Made by a program: the position numbers and the translations under genes. This document shows, one piece after another, positions 10,527 to 20,360 of a stretch of DNA of 64,000 nucleotides. Below the pieces are notes generated by a model. The model was not told the origin of the DNA. It made no database searches and saw nothing but the letters and a program-made list of their open reading frames with translations. This DNA comes from Kiritimatiellia bacterium (lineage in GTDB: Bacteria > Verrucomicrobiota > Kiritimatiellia > RFP12 > UBA1067). The stretch covers positions 27,263-91,262 of the forward strand of contig JAKSOZ010000001.1 of assembly GCA_024405265.1 (NCBI GenBank). Direction: 5' to 3'. Within the stretch, counting starts at the first letter, position 1, and every line of letters begins with the position of its first letter.

Positions 10527-10784
10527 ATGAGTACAAAATGCAGATATTGTGGGTCGACGACCTATGGCACGGGGTGTTATCACAGCCCGACGGGAAAGCA
10601 CGAGCATCGCGATGATGAGAAGCACTGCGAATATTGCGGGTCGTCTTCTTATGGCACGGGGTGCTATCATTCGCCCACGAGAAAGCATCGGCATGGACCC
10701 GGCGCGAACAAGTGCATCTGGTGCGGCTCGACCTCCAACGGCTCCGGGTGTTACCACAGTCCGACGGGTAAGCACGAGAAATAA
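10527..10784 (+). CDS. small protein with three tandem CxxCG...GCYHSPTGKH zinc-ribbon-like repeats
   Basis: internal triple repeat KCRYCGSTTYGTGCYHSPTGKH / HCEYCGSSSYGTGCYHSPTRKH / KCIWCGSTSNGSGCYHSPTGKH; TATAAT 10514-10519 then 7 nt then ATG. Confidence 0.6.
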   Translation: MSTKCRYCGSTTYGTGCYHSPTGKHEHRDDEKHCEYCGSSSYGTGCYHSPTRKHRHGPGANKCIWCGSTSNGSGCYHSPTGKHEK

Positions 10785-10835
10785 GAAGACGCTATCGCTT
10801 TCCCTTTGTTCGGTGGATGTGGTATAATATTCGGT

Positions 10836-11207
10836 ATGAATCTTGTTGACATATTTGCCGCGGTGAAGAAGTGGTTTCGGAGGGCGCCGGAGACGCGCCT
10901 TAGGGGGACCACGGATGGGAATGCGTTAGCGCGGCAAAAATCGGAGATTGCGGAGCTTCTTAAGCGTGAGTGGAACCAGACAAGGAATGGAGCGCTTACT
11001 CCAAATGACATCGCGCGAGGATCGGGACGAAAAGCGTGGTGGAAGTGCGAGGCGTGCGGGCACGAGTGGGAAGCGCGAGTCTTCAGCAGATTTGATGGCT
11101 GTGGATGCCCCGAGTGTGCGAAAGTGAAGGCGGCCTGGACGCGGCGAAACAAAAAGGACAAGTTTCAACTGCAACTTTTCGAAGCTAACGGTAGCTTTCC
11201 GTTGTAA
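10836..11207 (+). CDS. treble-clef zinc-ribbon protein (DUF4379-like WxCxxGHEW...GCPxC)
   Basis: KAWWKCEACGHEWEARVFSRFDGCGCPECA; TGGTATAATAT at 10819-10829 then 7 nt then ATG (ORF caller started at upstream 10806). Confidence 0.55.
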   Translation: MNLVDIFAAVKKWFRRAPETRLRGTTDGNALARQKSEIAELLKREWNQTRNGALTPNDIARGSGRKAWWKCEACGHEWEARVFSRFDGCGCPECAKVKAAWTRRNKKDKFQLQLFEANGSFPL

Positions 11208-11227
11208 TTCTGCCGCGGAAGTTTCAT

Positions 11228-11998
11228 ATGGATGAATCCGCGGTAAAAATGGTAAAATGTAAAAGTATGGCGAATCGAGGATATGAGCCCAAATTTATGC
11301 TCGACAAGATCCTTCGTACGCTCAAAGCTAAAGGTCAAGCATACGAAAGTAACCGGAAAAGTAGCCGGAAAAGAAGGGAAGTAAAGATGATATCGTTTAG
11401 TGATATGAAACCATTCGGCTCGATGACATGGTTTAATGAGCCGGAGAAGTGGGCGGTAGAGAATGGAACGCTTACGATTGAGGTGACGGGTCAGAGCGAT
11501 TATTGGCGAGTCTCTCATTATGGCTTCACGGTCGATGACGGCCCGTTCCTTTACTCCGAGCGTGGCGGCGAGTTCGAAGTTTCCCTCAAAGTGAAGGGCA
11601 ATTACAAGAATCGCTTCGATCAGGCGGGGCTCATGCTTCGCATCGATCACGAAAACTGGATTAAGGCCGGTGTTGAGTTTGTTGAAGGCCATTACAATAT
11701 CAGCGCGGTCGTGACCCATGGGAAGAGTGACTGGAGCGTCATCAAACTTGAGAAGCCGATCGAGGCTCTCTGGATTAAAGCCGTTCGTAGGCGTGACGCT
11801 GTCGAGCTCTTTTATTCTTTAGACGGTAACGACTATACATTGATGCGCAACGCCTGGTTTCAGGATAATGTTCCTGTGAAGGTGGGTCCGGTGGCTGCCG
11901 CGCCGGATGGTAGTGGTTTTGAGGCCAGCTTCTCCGATTTCACGATAAAGCATCTCCCTGATGCCCGTCGTCTTGAATGGCTTGAGTCTCACAAGTGA
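11228..11998 (+). CDS. DUF1349-like (concanavalin-type beta-sandwich) protein
   Basis: WFNEP...W...G.L.I pattern; start could be Met at about 11381. Confidence 0.4.
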   Translation: MDESAVKMVKCKSMANRGYEPKFMLDKILRTLKAKGQAYESNRKSSRKRREVKMISFSDMKPFGSMTWFNEPEKWAVENGTLTIEVTGQSDYWRVSHYGFTVDDGPFLYSERGGEFEVSLKVKGNYKNRFDQAGLMLRIDHENWIKAGVEFVEGHYNISAVVTHGKSDWSVIKLEKPIEALWIKAVRRRDAVELFYSLDGNDYTLMRNAWFQDNVPVKVGPVAAAPDGSGFEASFSDFTIKHLPDARRLEWLESHK

Positions 11999-12143
11999 CC
12001 AAAAGCGAGGCGTTTGCGAAGCTGATATATCTTAATTTGGCTTTATGTCCGGCGATAGCCGATTCTATGGATGTCGGCATAGCCGACCTGCGGTTAAGTA
12101 GTTCATCCCTAACTCGTCCCTAATCCCCAGCCCCTAAATCTCA

Positions 12144-12193
12144 CTTTCTTCCTTTCCATTCTTGCCGCGGAAGCGGCAAATTTGGTATAATAT
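12144..12193 (+). promoter_or_regulatory. portable promoter module copy 1: CTTTCTTCCTTTCCATTC-TTGCCGCGGAAGCGGCAA-ATTTGGTATAATAT
   Basis: near-identical copies at 26547-26598 and 59300-59350; contains perfect hairpin TTGCCGC/GCGGCAA in -35 position and extended -10. Confidence 0.6.
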
Positions 12194-12204
12194 AAATCTA
12201 AAAA

Positions 12205-13136
12205 TGAAGATTTCGCTCATAACGGTTTGCTGGAATAGTGCCGCGGTGATTAGGACCGCGCTCGACTCCGTCTTCGCCCAGTCAACTCCCGCCGATCTTG
12301 AAATCGAATACATTGTCGTCGACGGCGGCTCGACGGACGGAACGGTGGAGATTTTGAAGGAATACGCTACTCGTCCTGTGCCCGAGCATCGTATGCTCGG
12401 GTCAACCCCTATCTCCTTCCGATACATCTCGGAACGTGATGCCGGGATGTATGACGCCCTGAATAAGGGCATTAGGATGTCCACGGGAGAGGTGATCGGG
12501 TGGCTCAATGCCGATGATGTTCTTGCCGCGGATGATGTGCTCGCGAAAGTGGCGGCCGCTTTCGAGGCGAATCCCGACATCGACGGCACCTACGCCGACA
12601 TCCGTTTTGTTAAGCCCCTAGTGAAGGGCAGTGATGAGCCCGAAACGAGCGGAAGTCCGAGCGAAGGGATACCCGGATTGGAGCGCAGCGGAAATAGGCG
12701 TAGCCCGCGGTATTCCGCCGAGGGGCTCCCTGAGGAGGAGCTTCCGGCGTTGAGGGCGTTGCCCACGCTTCGCTATTGCTCCGGCAAGCATTTCCGCCCC
12801 TGGATGTTCCGCTTCGGCACCCAGACGGCGCATCCCTCGACCTTCTTCCGCCGCTCCGCATTCGATCGCTGGGGCTTTTACTCGCTCGACTACGGCATGT
12901 TCGGCGACTTCGAGCTTCTCTGCCGCTTTATCTGGCGCCATCGCGCGAAAATGCGCTACCTCCCGTTCTGTACGACGGTCATGCGCTCCGGCGGCGCTTC
13001 AACGAACGGCTGGCGCACGACCTTAAAGATCAATCGCACGGACCTCCGCGCTCTTAACGCAAACGGCTGCTACTCGAATCTCCTCTTCCTCTACTCCCGC
13101 TACTTCTTCAAAATTTGGGGCTTCCTCTTTAAATAA
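12205..13136 (+). CDS. glycosyltransferase family 2
   Basis: ISLITVCWNSAAVIRTALDSVFAQ...VVDGGSTDGT...LNADD motifs. Confidence 0.7.
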
Positions 13137-13185
13137 CCTCTCTTCCGACTCCACCGAGCGGAAATTGTTGAAGTGATATTCTTGC

Positions 13186-13212
13186 CGCGGGAAGCCGCGG
13201 CGTTTTTTATAT
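13186..13212 (+). terminator. rho-independent terminator GCCGCGG-GAA-CCGCGGC followed by TTTTTT
   Basis: hairpin plus U-run read directly after GT2 stop. Confidence 0.65.
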
Positions 13213-13213
13213 C

Positions 13214-13258
13214 GGCGAAAAGTCAATTCTAGTGTTTTATAAAACGTTAGAATTGACT
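13214..13258. promoter_or_regulatory. 40-bp AT-rich palindrome AGTCAATTCTA-N-TTTTATAAAAC-N-TAGAATTGACT (copy 1 of 3)
   Basis: near-identical copies at 14093-14137 and 14163-14207 flank the two-wHTH regulator gene. Confidence 0.55.
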
Positions 13259-13275
13259 CGGATCTCGTTTAATGG

Positions 13276-14070
13276 TTATGCCTCTTCTTCGTCAGGGGAG
13301 GGTGGTTGAGTGTCCGGGGCGGGTTTGGGTTTGATGATGACAGGGCCGGTTTCTCGCCAATTTTGCCGCGGATTGCCTTCCGCGCGATTGACTTTTTTGA
13401 GGACGGCCTTCGTCTCTTTGTCGGTCGCGCGCCCCGTACCTTCGTTGTAGTAATACGCATGACTCGCCGCGTTGCCAAGCGTCAGATCGAGTAAAGTTGC
13501 GGCGATTTTGTCAGTGGGCCTCACGAGCTCGAAAGTTGAGGGGCCGTGATATGTGCGCGTTTCGTGGATGAGTCCCGCAGCTTGCAAAAAGCCGAGATGA
13601 TGATAAATCGACTTCACGCAAACTCCCATCGCAGCGTAAAGTTCGTTCAAATATGCCGGGCCTTGGGCGAGGCGAATCAGAATCGCCAGGCGGTTAAAGT
13701 GAGTGAAGGCGCGAAGGGTGGTCATGATCGACTCTTCCCACTTGGGCGGCAGCTCCGCGGCAAAATAGGTGGCGAAGGCTTTTTGGAGTTCGATCGAATC
13801 GGGAAGCGAGCGGTCCTGCTCGTCATTGTAGTAGACTTTGATGCGATCTCGCTTTACGCCGATGAGACCGCGTGCATTCAGTTGACGGAGAGAAATACTC
13901 GCGGTGGCATCGGAAATGCTGAGGATGCGGGCATAGTCTCGCACGCAAAGTGCGCCTTCATTTTGAATGGCGAGGCGAAGCACATTGAGTCTTGTCGCGT
14001 TCATCAACGCGCGGCAGGTGCGCCATAAAGTCGGCTTCAGTTTTTTCTCATCGTTCATGATGAAAATCAT
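13276..14070 (-). CDS. transcriptional regulator with two tandem ArsR/SmtB-like winged-HTH domains
   Basis: two repeats of the ArsR-type HTH pattern (RLNVLRLAIQNEGALCVRDYARILSIS... and FNRLAILIRLAQGPAYLNELYAAMGV...). Confidence 0.55.
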   Translation of the reverse strand: MIFIMNDEKKLKPTLWRTCRALMNATRLNVLRLAIQNEGALCVRDYARILSISDATASISLRQLNARGLIGVKRDRIKVYYNDEQDRSLPDSIELQKAFATYFAAELPPKWEESIMTTLRAFTHFNRLAILIRLAQGPAYLNELYAAMGVCVKSIYHHLGFLQAAGLIHETRTYHGPSTFELVRPTDKIAATLLDLTLGNAASHAYYYNEGTGRATDKETKAVLKKVNRAEGNPRQNWRETGPVIIKPKPAPDTQPPSPDEEEA

Positions 14071-14092
14071 TCTACCATATTACCGGTCGAGA

Positions 14093-14207
14093 AGTCAATT
14101 CTAAAGTTTTATAAAACATTAGAATCGACTTCGGGAAAGAGGAGATGGGCAAATACGGTTGACAGATTCTAAAGTTTTTAAAAACGTTAGAATCGACTTC
14201 GGAGGAG
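14093..14207. promoter_or_regulatory. two further copies of the 40-bp palindrome upstream of the regulator gene
   Basis: 14093-14137 and 14163-14207, read directly. Confidence 0.55.
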
Positions 14208-14552
14208 GGGGAAGCAGGGAGAGGTGTGGAGGGGTTTGGATGTTTAGAACGGGGAGGAAGGGAGGGTGGGGAGATTCCATTTTCCATGGATGTGCCTGGC
14301 AGAAGTGTGGAAAAGTGAAAGGGGGATGGTGCGCGCGGGGGCGACGAAGTTTGCGCTGGCGCTAACTGGACCACACTAGGCGAAACGTAGATATGCCGTC
14401 CGCGGTATTCCGCGGGGCGTAGGCATTCAAATTTCGCCTAATTTTGCGTATGGCCAAAGGCCATCTGCGTTCCAACTATGACCCATACAATCACGCAATC
14501 CATTATCGTTTACTATATACAGTTATGCGTCAAAATGGTATAATACCAGTAT

Positions 14553-15584
14553 ATGAATATGCGCTACATGATTTGGAATAATAAGGGTGGGGTCGGCAAG
14601 ACCTTTCTTACCTATGTGATTGCCACGGAGTATGCGATCAAGCACCCCGAGAAGCGTGTGGCGGTTGTAGATATGTGCCCCCAAGCTAATGTTTCCGAGA
14701 TGCTATTGGGTGGTAATGGCACGGGCGAGAAGAATCTGGCCGAATACGCGTCGAACGGCAAGACGATCGCCGGCTACATTAAGGAACGCTATGCGCGGAG
14801 TCGTAATTCTCGACTCGGAACGGAAAGCGGCTATTATTGCCATGTCGTGACGAAGAATCCCGAGATGCCGCGAAATCTCTATTTGCTCCCCGGCGATGTC
14901 GATCTTGATATTTGCTCGAGCTTGATTTCGTATATGGGGCAGGCGCCAGAAAAGCAGGCGTGGCGCAATAGCCGCATGTTGCTCGATGATGTGATCGGCG
15001 CCTTCGAAAACGAGCATCGCGATACGGTTGTCTTCATCGATTGCAATCCCAGCTTTGCCGTTTACACGGAGATGGCGGTTGTGGCCGCGCGTGAACTTAT
15101 CATTCCCTGCACGGCGGATACTGCGTCCATCCGCGGCATTCTCAACGTCTTCCGTCTGATTTACGGCATTAACGCCTATCATTTGCTCGGCATCAAGCAG
15201 GATGTCGACGACTCCTTCTTCACGTTCTCGGAAACGGCGTCAGCGCAGGGGCTTACTTCGCCGAAGGTGCGGATGATCGTTCTCAATAAGTCGCGCAGTC
15301 TCGATGCGAAGGCGACGCGTGCGTGGCAGGCGCACAGTCAGCAGATTCGCGAAATCATGGCGAAGATCCATACGGCCTATGAAGATTGCTTCCGCGATGT
15401 GGAGGAGCTCATCTACGATATCAAGGACGGCAATACGCTCGCCACCATCGCCAATCATTGTGGGCTTCCGATTTCCTCGATGAGCCAAGGCGAGTACGAC
15501 ATCTACGGTTGCAGTACGATGGCCAATCAGACGCAGATCGACGCGATTCAATCGCAACTCGACGTCCTCGTCGCGAGCTTATAA
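14553..15584 (+). CDS. ParA/MinD-family ATPase (stand-alone)
   Basis: deviant Walker A NNKGGVGKT at N-terminus; TGGTATAAT 14536-14544 then 8 nt then ATG. Confidence 0.7.
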   Translation: MNMRYMIWNNKGGVGKTFLTYVIATEYAIKHPEKRVAVVDMCPQANVSEMLLGGNGTGEKNLAEYASNGKTIAGYIKERYARSRNSRLGTESGYYCHVVTKNPEMPRNLYLLPGDVDLDICSSLISYMGQAPEKQAWRNSRMLLDDVIGAFENEHRDTVVFIDCNPSFAVYTEMAVVAARELIIPCTADTASIRGILNVFRLIYGINAYHLLGIKQDVDDSFFTFSETASAQGLTSPKVRMIVLNKSRSLDAKATRAWQAHSQQIREIMAKIHTAYEDCFRDVEELIYDIKDGNTLATIANHCGLPISSMSQGEYDIYGCSTMANQTQIDAIQSQLDVLVASL

Positions 15585-15732
15585 CTCGAGTCTAAATGAG
15601 AAAGACGATATACGTTTATCGCCAAAGCACGCGTTGTAGGACTATTCATGCGTGTCGGGAGCTTTTTCTTGTCTTTCGATGGGGTGATATCGATATCGAT
15701 GATTAAAAATAGGATTTTGCAAGGAAGTTGAT

Positions 15733-17790
15733 ATGAATAATATAGCTGAAATTCTTAAGAAATCGTCTTCCCACGGTTTGGAACTTTTTAGCGCGGAAGA
15801 AATAGCTTGGCTTGAAGACCGAATTGAAATCAAGAAAACCAAAACAGGCGAGGGCTATTATACTAATTGCTATGTGCGCAACAAGAGCATCAAGGTGACG
15901 CCGGAGGAGGTTGTGCGTCAGCTCTACGCGCATCGCTTGGTCGAAGAGTATGGATATGATATCGGAAGACTCGCCTTTGAGTTTCCGGTGTTCTTTGGAC
16001 GAGAGGCGAAGAGAGCCGATATAGTCGTTCGCGATAAAGAGGATTTGAATGTCCCGTACATTATCGTCGAGACGAAGAAGCCGAAAGCCAAAGACGGACG
16101 TGAGCAGCTGAAGAGTTACACGCATGCAACCGGCGCGAGTATGGCCGTCTGGACGAACGGCACGACTATAACCTATCATCAACGCAAGAACCCCAATTTC
16201 TTCGAGGATATCCCCGAGATTCCGACCGCCGACAAGACCTTGGGAGACATTCTTAGTAAGAAGTTCACGATTAAAGATCTTATCGAGCAAGACAAACTCA
16301 CGAAGACGGGTAAATCGCTTAAAGATCTGATTCTAGAAATGGAAGATGAAGTCTTGGCGAATGCCGGAGTGGACGTCTTTGAGGAAGTCTTTAAACTAGT
16401 CTTTGCAAAGCTCTACGATGAGAAGCGAGGCGCGAGATATCCGGAGAATGATCTGGAATTTCGCAACTCCGGGCAGAGTGATATTCAGCTTAAGGACAAG
16501 ATTGAGAAGTTGTTTAAAAAGGCGTGCAACGAGTGGCCGGGCGTCTTTCCGGAGGATGCCAAAATCAACTTGACTCCGCCGCATCTGTCGATCTGTATCG
16601 CTTCATTGGAAACCGTCAAGCTCTTTAATTCTAACCTCGACGTTGTTGATGAGGCTTTCGAGTATCTGATCAACAAGAGCAGTAAGGGTGAGAAGGGACA
16701 GTACTTTACGCCGCGTTATGTGATTGATATGTGCGTGCGGATGTTGAATCCCAAGCCGACCGAGAAGATGATTGATACAGCGGCGGGCAGTTCGGGATTC
16801 CCTGTGCATACGATCTTTCATGTTTGGAAGCAAATGCAATTGGCGGCACACAAGCCGATCAGCCATTTATTTACCGCTACTGATAAAGGTGAAGAGGAAA
16901 CGGATTATGTCCGCAATAATGTCTTCGCCATTGACTTTGACGAAAAAGCCGTGCGCGTTGCACGAACCTTGAATTTGATTGCCGGTGATGGACATACGAA
17001 TGTCTTGCATTTAAATACGCTTGACTTTGGTCGATGGAACTCGACGACCAAGGAAGAAGCTTGGGTAGATACCTATAATGAGGGTTGGAAGAAGCTTAAG
17101 AAGCTTGAACGAGATTCCTCTCACACCTATTTCGAGTTTGATATCGTCATGGCAAATCCGCCTTTTGCCGGAGAGGTCAAAGAAGGTCAGATTCTCTCTC
17201 GGTACGAGTTCGGACAGAAGAACGGTAAGCCGCAGCATAGCGTTAATAGAGACATCCTTTTTATCGAGCGGAATATCAAGTTTCTGGGAGCCGGCGGTCG
17301 AATGGCCATAGTCCTTCCGCAGGGACGATTTAATAATTCGACTGATAAGTATATTCGTGACTACATTGCTAAGCAATGTCGTATTTTGGCGGTAGTCGGC
17401 ATTCACGGAAATACGTTTAAGCCGCACACCGGCACAAAGACGAGTGTCTTGTTCGTTCAGAAGTGGCAACCCGATCCGAGGCAGCCGAACTATAACCCCG
17501 TGCGCGAAGATTATCCCATTTTCTTCGCGACTCAGCGATTGGAAGGTAAGAACTCTCGCGGCGACAAGTTGTATTGGAACAAGGATAAATCCGGCACGAC
17601 AACGGACCCCAAGCTGGCTCTGTGCGATATACATGGTCACCCAGTTATCTATCATGATCTTTTTGCAACTTATGACTATAAGTGGAATGAAGAGAAGAAT
17701 GATAATGAAGAAGTTAGGCTTACGCCTGATGGAATTGCAGAGGCGTTTGCACAATTTGCGGCAAAGGAGAAACTGAGTTTTTTTCGCTAA
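15733..17790 (+). CDS. restriction-modification enzyme: N-terminal HsdR_N-like PD-(D/E)xK nuclease domain fused to N6-adenine DNA methyltransferase (BcgI-A-like)
   Basis: DIVV...IIVETKKP (D...ExK) nuclease motif near N-terminus; MTase motif I-like region and catalytic NPPF (ANPPFAG); 685 aa. Confidence 0.65.
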   Translation: MNNIAEILKKSSSHGLELFSAEEIAWLEDRIEIKKTKTGEGYYTNCYVRNKSIKVTPEEVVRQLYAHRLVEEYGYDIGRLAFEFPVFFGREAKRADIVVRDKEDLNVPYIIVETKKPKAKDGREQLKSYTHATGASMAVWTNGTTITYHQRKNPNFFEDIPEIPTADKTLGDILSKKFTIKDLIEQDKLTKTGKSLKDLILEMEDEVLANAGVDVFEEVFKLVFAKLYDEKRGARYPENDLEFRNSGQSDIQLKDKIEKLFKKACNEWPGVFPEDAKINLTPPHLSICIASLETVKLFNSNLDVVDEAFEYLINKSSKGEKGQYFTPRYVIDMCVRMLNPKPTEKMIDTAAGSSGFPVHTIFHVWKQMQLAAHKPISHLFTATDKGEEETDYVRNNVFAIDFDEKAVRVARTLNLIAGDGHTNVLHLNTLDFGRWNSTTKEEAWVDTYNEGWKKLKKLERDSSHTYFEFDIVMANPPFAGEVKEGQILSRYEFGQKNGKPQHSVNRDILFIERNIKFLGAGGRMAIVLPQGRFNNSTDKYIRDYIAKQCRILAVVGIHGNTFKPHTGTKTSVLFVQKWQPDPRQPNYNPVREDYPIFFATQRLEGKNSRGDKLYWNKDKSGTTTDPKLALCDIHGHPVIYHDLFATYDYKWNEEKNDNEEVRLTPDGIAEAFAQFAAKEKLSFFR

Positions 17791-17822
17791 CCCCCTTTGA
17801 CGAGACGAAGTACGAGTCTCTG

Positions 17823-19232
17823 TTGGAGGGGTTGGAGATTTGCGAGGTGTTGCTCTCGGATGTTCGAGGCGAGGATGAGTCTTTTCGCTTTGACTCTGAA
17901 TTCTTTAGAAAGGATGACATTAATCGCCTTCGACAGCTCGGTTTGTTGTCACACTCTTCGTTGATTGAGCTAAGTCGTAGAATCGATGTGGGGTATGTTG
18001 GGGAGATGACAAGCGAATATACCACTGATGCAACAGCTCCGAAGTTGATTCAGACTCGAAATATTGATGAATTTATACCAAATGACACTGACATAATTCA
18101 TATCAGTCAAGAATTCCATGAACAGTTGCGGAAAAGCCAAATTCATACGAATGATATTCTGTTGGCGCGAAGCGGCTCTTTTGGAAATGCGGCAATCTGG
18201 CTTGACAAGGAGACGGTTAATTCGTCCGATATTATTATTATAGACGTTGATCCGAGTAAGATCGATCCGTGTTACCTGGTGGCCTTTTTGAATTCTCGGT
18301 ATGGTAGATTTCAGTTGGATCGTTATGCAAGTGGGGCGGTTCAAAGACATGTTAACTTGACTATACTTGAGCGGCTTAATATTGCGTTGTTGTCAGAAGA
18401 CGTCAGATCTTTTGTTGGGTCTTTGGTGCGTCAGGCTTTCAAAACGATAACTGACTCGCGCGCCTGTTATCGCGCTGCCGAGGATAAGTTGCTAAAGGAC
18501 CTTGGTTTCTTAAATTGGTCACCTGTAGACGGAGGAGTTTCTGTTAAACCGTTTTCGGAGGTGGCTAATGCATGCCGTATAGACGCGGAGTACTTTCAGC
18601 CGAAGTTTGATGAACTGAAGCAGTTGCTCGCGCAATGTGAGTTGCGTGACTTGGGTGGTAATGAAGGGTTGGTAAATATCTATAAATCGATAGATCCCCC
18701 GAGTGATTGCTATGGAAGCGAAGGTGTGCCATTTGTGCGTATTTCTGATTTCTCGAAGTTTGGCATAGAGATACCGGATATAAGAGTTTCGGAAGAAGTA
18801 TGTAGCGATTGCCGCCGCATAAAGAAGAATGCGATTCTTCTTACGAAAGACGGTAGTGTGGGCATTGCGTACAAAGCGGAGTGTGATCTTGAGATGGTAA
18901 CATCTGGAGCCATTCTTCATTTGGAAGTAAAAGACGATTCTGTTGATCCTGATTATCTCGCGTTAGTTCTTAATTCTCGCATTGTCAGAATGCAGGCGGA
19001 GCGCGATGCCGGCGGATCGATTATTCAGCATTGGAAACCTTCACAGATAGAGAAAGTTCAGATTCCGATCTTGCCGCGAGGTGTTCAACATGCTCTTGCG
19101 GATAAAGTGCGCGAGTCTTTTCGCCTTCGTCACGAAAGCAAGCGGCTTCTGAATCTTGCCAAATCTGCTGTCGAGAAGGCAATAGAAGATGGCGAAGAGG
19201 CTGCTGTAAAATTTATTGAGGAGGGTGTGTAA
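17823..19232 (+). CDS. restriction-modification specificity (S) subunit with two target-recognition domains
   Basis: two-TRD architecture with central and C-terminal conserved helices typical of HsdS; apparent TTG start, so the true start is uncertain. Confidence 0.6.
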   Translation: MEGLEICEVLLSDVRGEDESFRFDSEFFRKDDINRLRQLGLLSHSSLIELSRRIDVGYVGEMTSEYTTDATAPKLIQTRNIDEFIPNDTDIIHISQEFHEQLRKSQIHTNDILLARSGSFGNAAIWLDKETVNSSDIIIIDVDPSKIDPCYLVAFLNSRYGRFQLDRYASGAVQRHVNLTILERLNIALLSEDVRSFVGSLVRQAFKTITDSRACYRAAEDKLLKDLGFLNWSPVDGGVSVKPFSEVANACRIDAEYFQPKFDELKQLLAQCELRDLGGNEGLVNIYKSIDPPSDCYGSEGVPFVRISDFSKFGIEIPDIRVSEEVCSDCRRIKKNAILLTKDGSVGIAYKAECDLEMVTSGAILHLEVKDDSVDPDYLALVLNSRIVRMQAERDAGGSIIQHWKPSQIEKVQIPILPRGVQHALADKVRESFRLRHESKRLLNLAKSAVEKAIEDGEEAAVKFIEEGV

Positions 19233-20035
19233 TGGCAAAGGCAAAAGTCCCTGCGGCATATTATGTGCGCGAATGGTACGAGAAGTCTGAGATTGATTAT
19301 TTCAGCGCTTTTGTAAAGGCCTATATCCCGTTTAATGCTTGGATGAATGATCATTTTAAAGGTGAGGCAACAGATCGTGCCATGCTTGAGCGGGTAAAGA
19401 GCGATGCGAATACATTTCGACAAAAGATACTTACTCTGCTTGAACTTGAAGATACGGCTGGCTATGAGTTCCGTGGAGCGATAGGATCGTTGCACGGAGC
19501 ATTAGAAGAGTCTACTGTTGCAAATAGCGGAGAGAAGATATCGTTTCAGAATGTAGTTATCTGTAAGAATTCTATTACGAATGTTAATCAGTCGTATCAT
19601 GGGTTGCAATATAGCGCAAAATATGATCAGTCGACGGGTGCGACTACTGTTGAAGTTAAAGAAAATAAGTCCGGAAAGATCTTGGTGGCGTTGTCGGAAC
19701 CCGGGTATCCGACCGAAGATACCGTTATAAAAAATCCTAGTGTTAATGCCTTGAACCAGAGCCGACTGGATTACTTGTTGGGTGTTTATCGACAGGTAAA
19801 TCCTAGGAAGGAAGAATCGTTGCTATATCAAGGTCGGAAGAAGAAAGAAGGGATAGTTTGTGGTGCATATAAAATGATAAAAGAAGAAAAGAAGCTGGCA
19901 GCTGGTCTTATTGAAATTTTATACAGTCTGCGAAATGCTTTATTTCATGGCGTTATTGATCCGAACAAAGATGCGAATAAGGTCTACGGCGCGGCATATC
20001 GGATTATGCATACATTGGTCGGAGCATTGACATGA
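19232..20035 (+). CDS. hypothetical protein co-transcribed with the RM genes
   Basis: ATG overlaps S-subunit stop (TAATG); no motif. Confidence 0.45.
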   Translation: MAKAKVPAAYYVREWYEKSEIDYFSAFVKAYIPFNAWMNDHFKGEATDRAMLERVKSDANTFRQKILTLLELEDTAGYEFRGAIGSLHGALEESTVANSGEKISFQNVVICKNSITNVNQSYHGLQYSAKYDQSTGATTVEVKENKSGKILVALSEPGYPTEDTVIKNPSVNALNQSRLDYLLGVYRQVNPRKEESLLYQGRKKKEGIVCGAYKMIKEEKKLAAGLIEILYSLRNALFHGVIDPNKDANKVYGAAYRIMHTLVGALT

Positions 20036-20195
20036 ACGATTCGGGGTTTGATGAGTAAAAACAATAAGGGGTAATTAATGACTGCCAACCGTCGGATATT
20101 CCTGAACATATTGCCACATGCGGGTGTTCTCTGTATGCGTTGGCAAGTTGTTTTGGACGGCGATAGGTGCGGAATGTGCGGAATTTTGGTATAAT

Positions 20196-20345
20196 ATGAA
20201 GCGTAATTTGAGTGTGAGAATGAGACAGAATCGACTTGGGCGTGGTGTCCGGCGCGGACGCGACGGCGAAGGGTCTTTGCGTCGTTCGCGCGATACCTAT
20301 GCTCTCCGTCCTATGCACTGGGGCTTGTCTCTCCTGGGTTTATAA
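20196..20345 (+). promoter_or_regulatory. conserved ~150-nt transcribed leader following TGGTATAAT (copy 1)
   Basis: nucleotide homology to 24941-25075 that does not preserve a reading frame; shares GCACTGGGG(C/T) motif also at 27078-27098. Confidence 0.4.
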
Positions 20346-20360
20346 ACTTGACATAAGCAA

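Noticed and set aside
15703-17754. Minus-strand ORFs (195 and 247 aa) inside the RM nuclease-methylase gene
   Set aside because: They sit inside a gene with clear nuclease and NPPF motifs.
20196-20345. Small ORFs right after the promoter (MKRNLSVRMRQNRLG... and MNVRTRQNRRG... at 24941)
   Set aside because: The two copies are similar at nucleotide level but the similarity changes frame, so they are not treated as conserved proteins. Scored as leader RNA instead.
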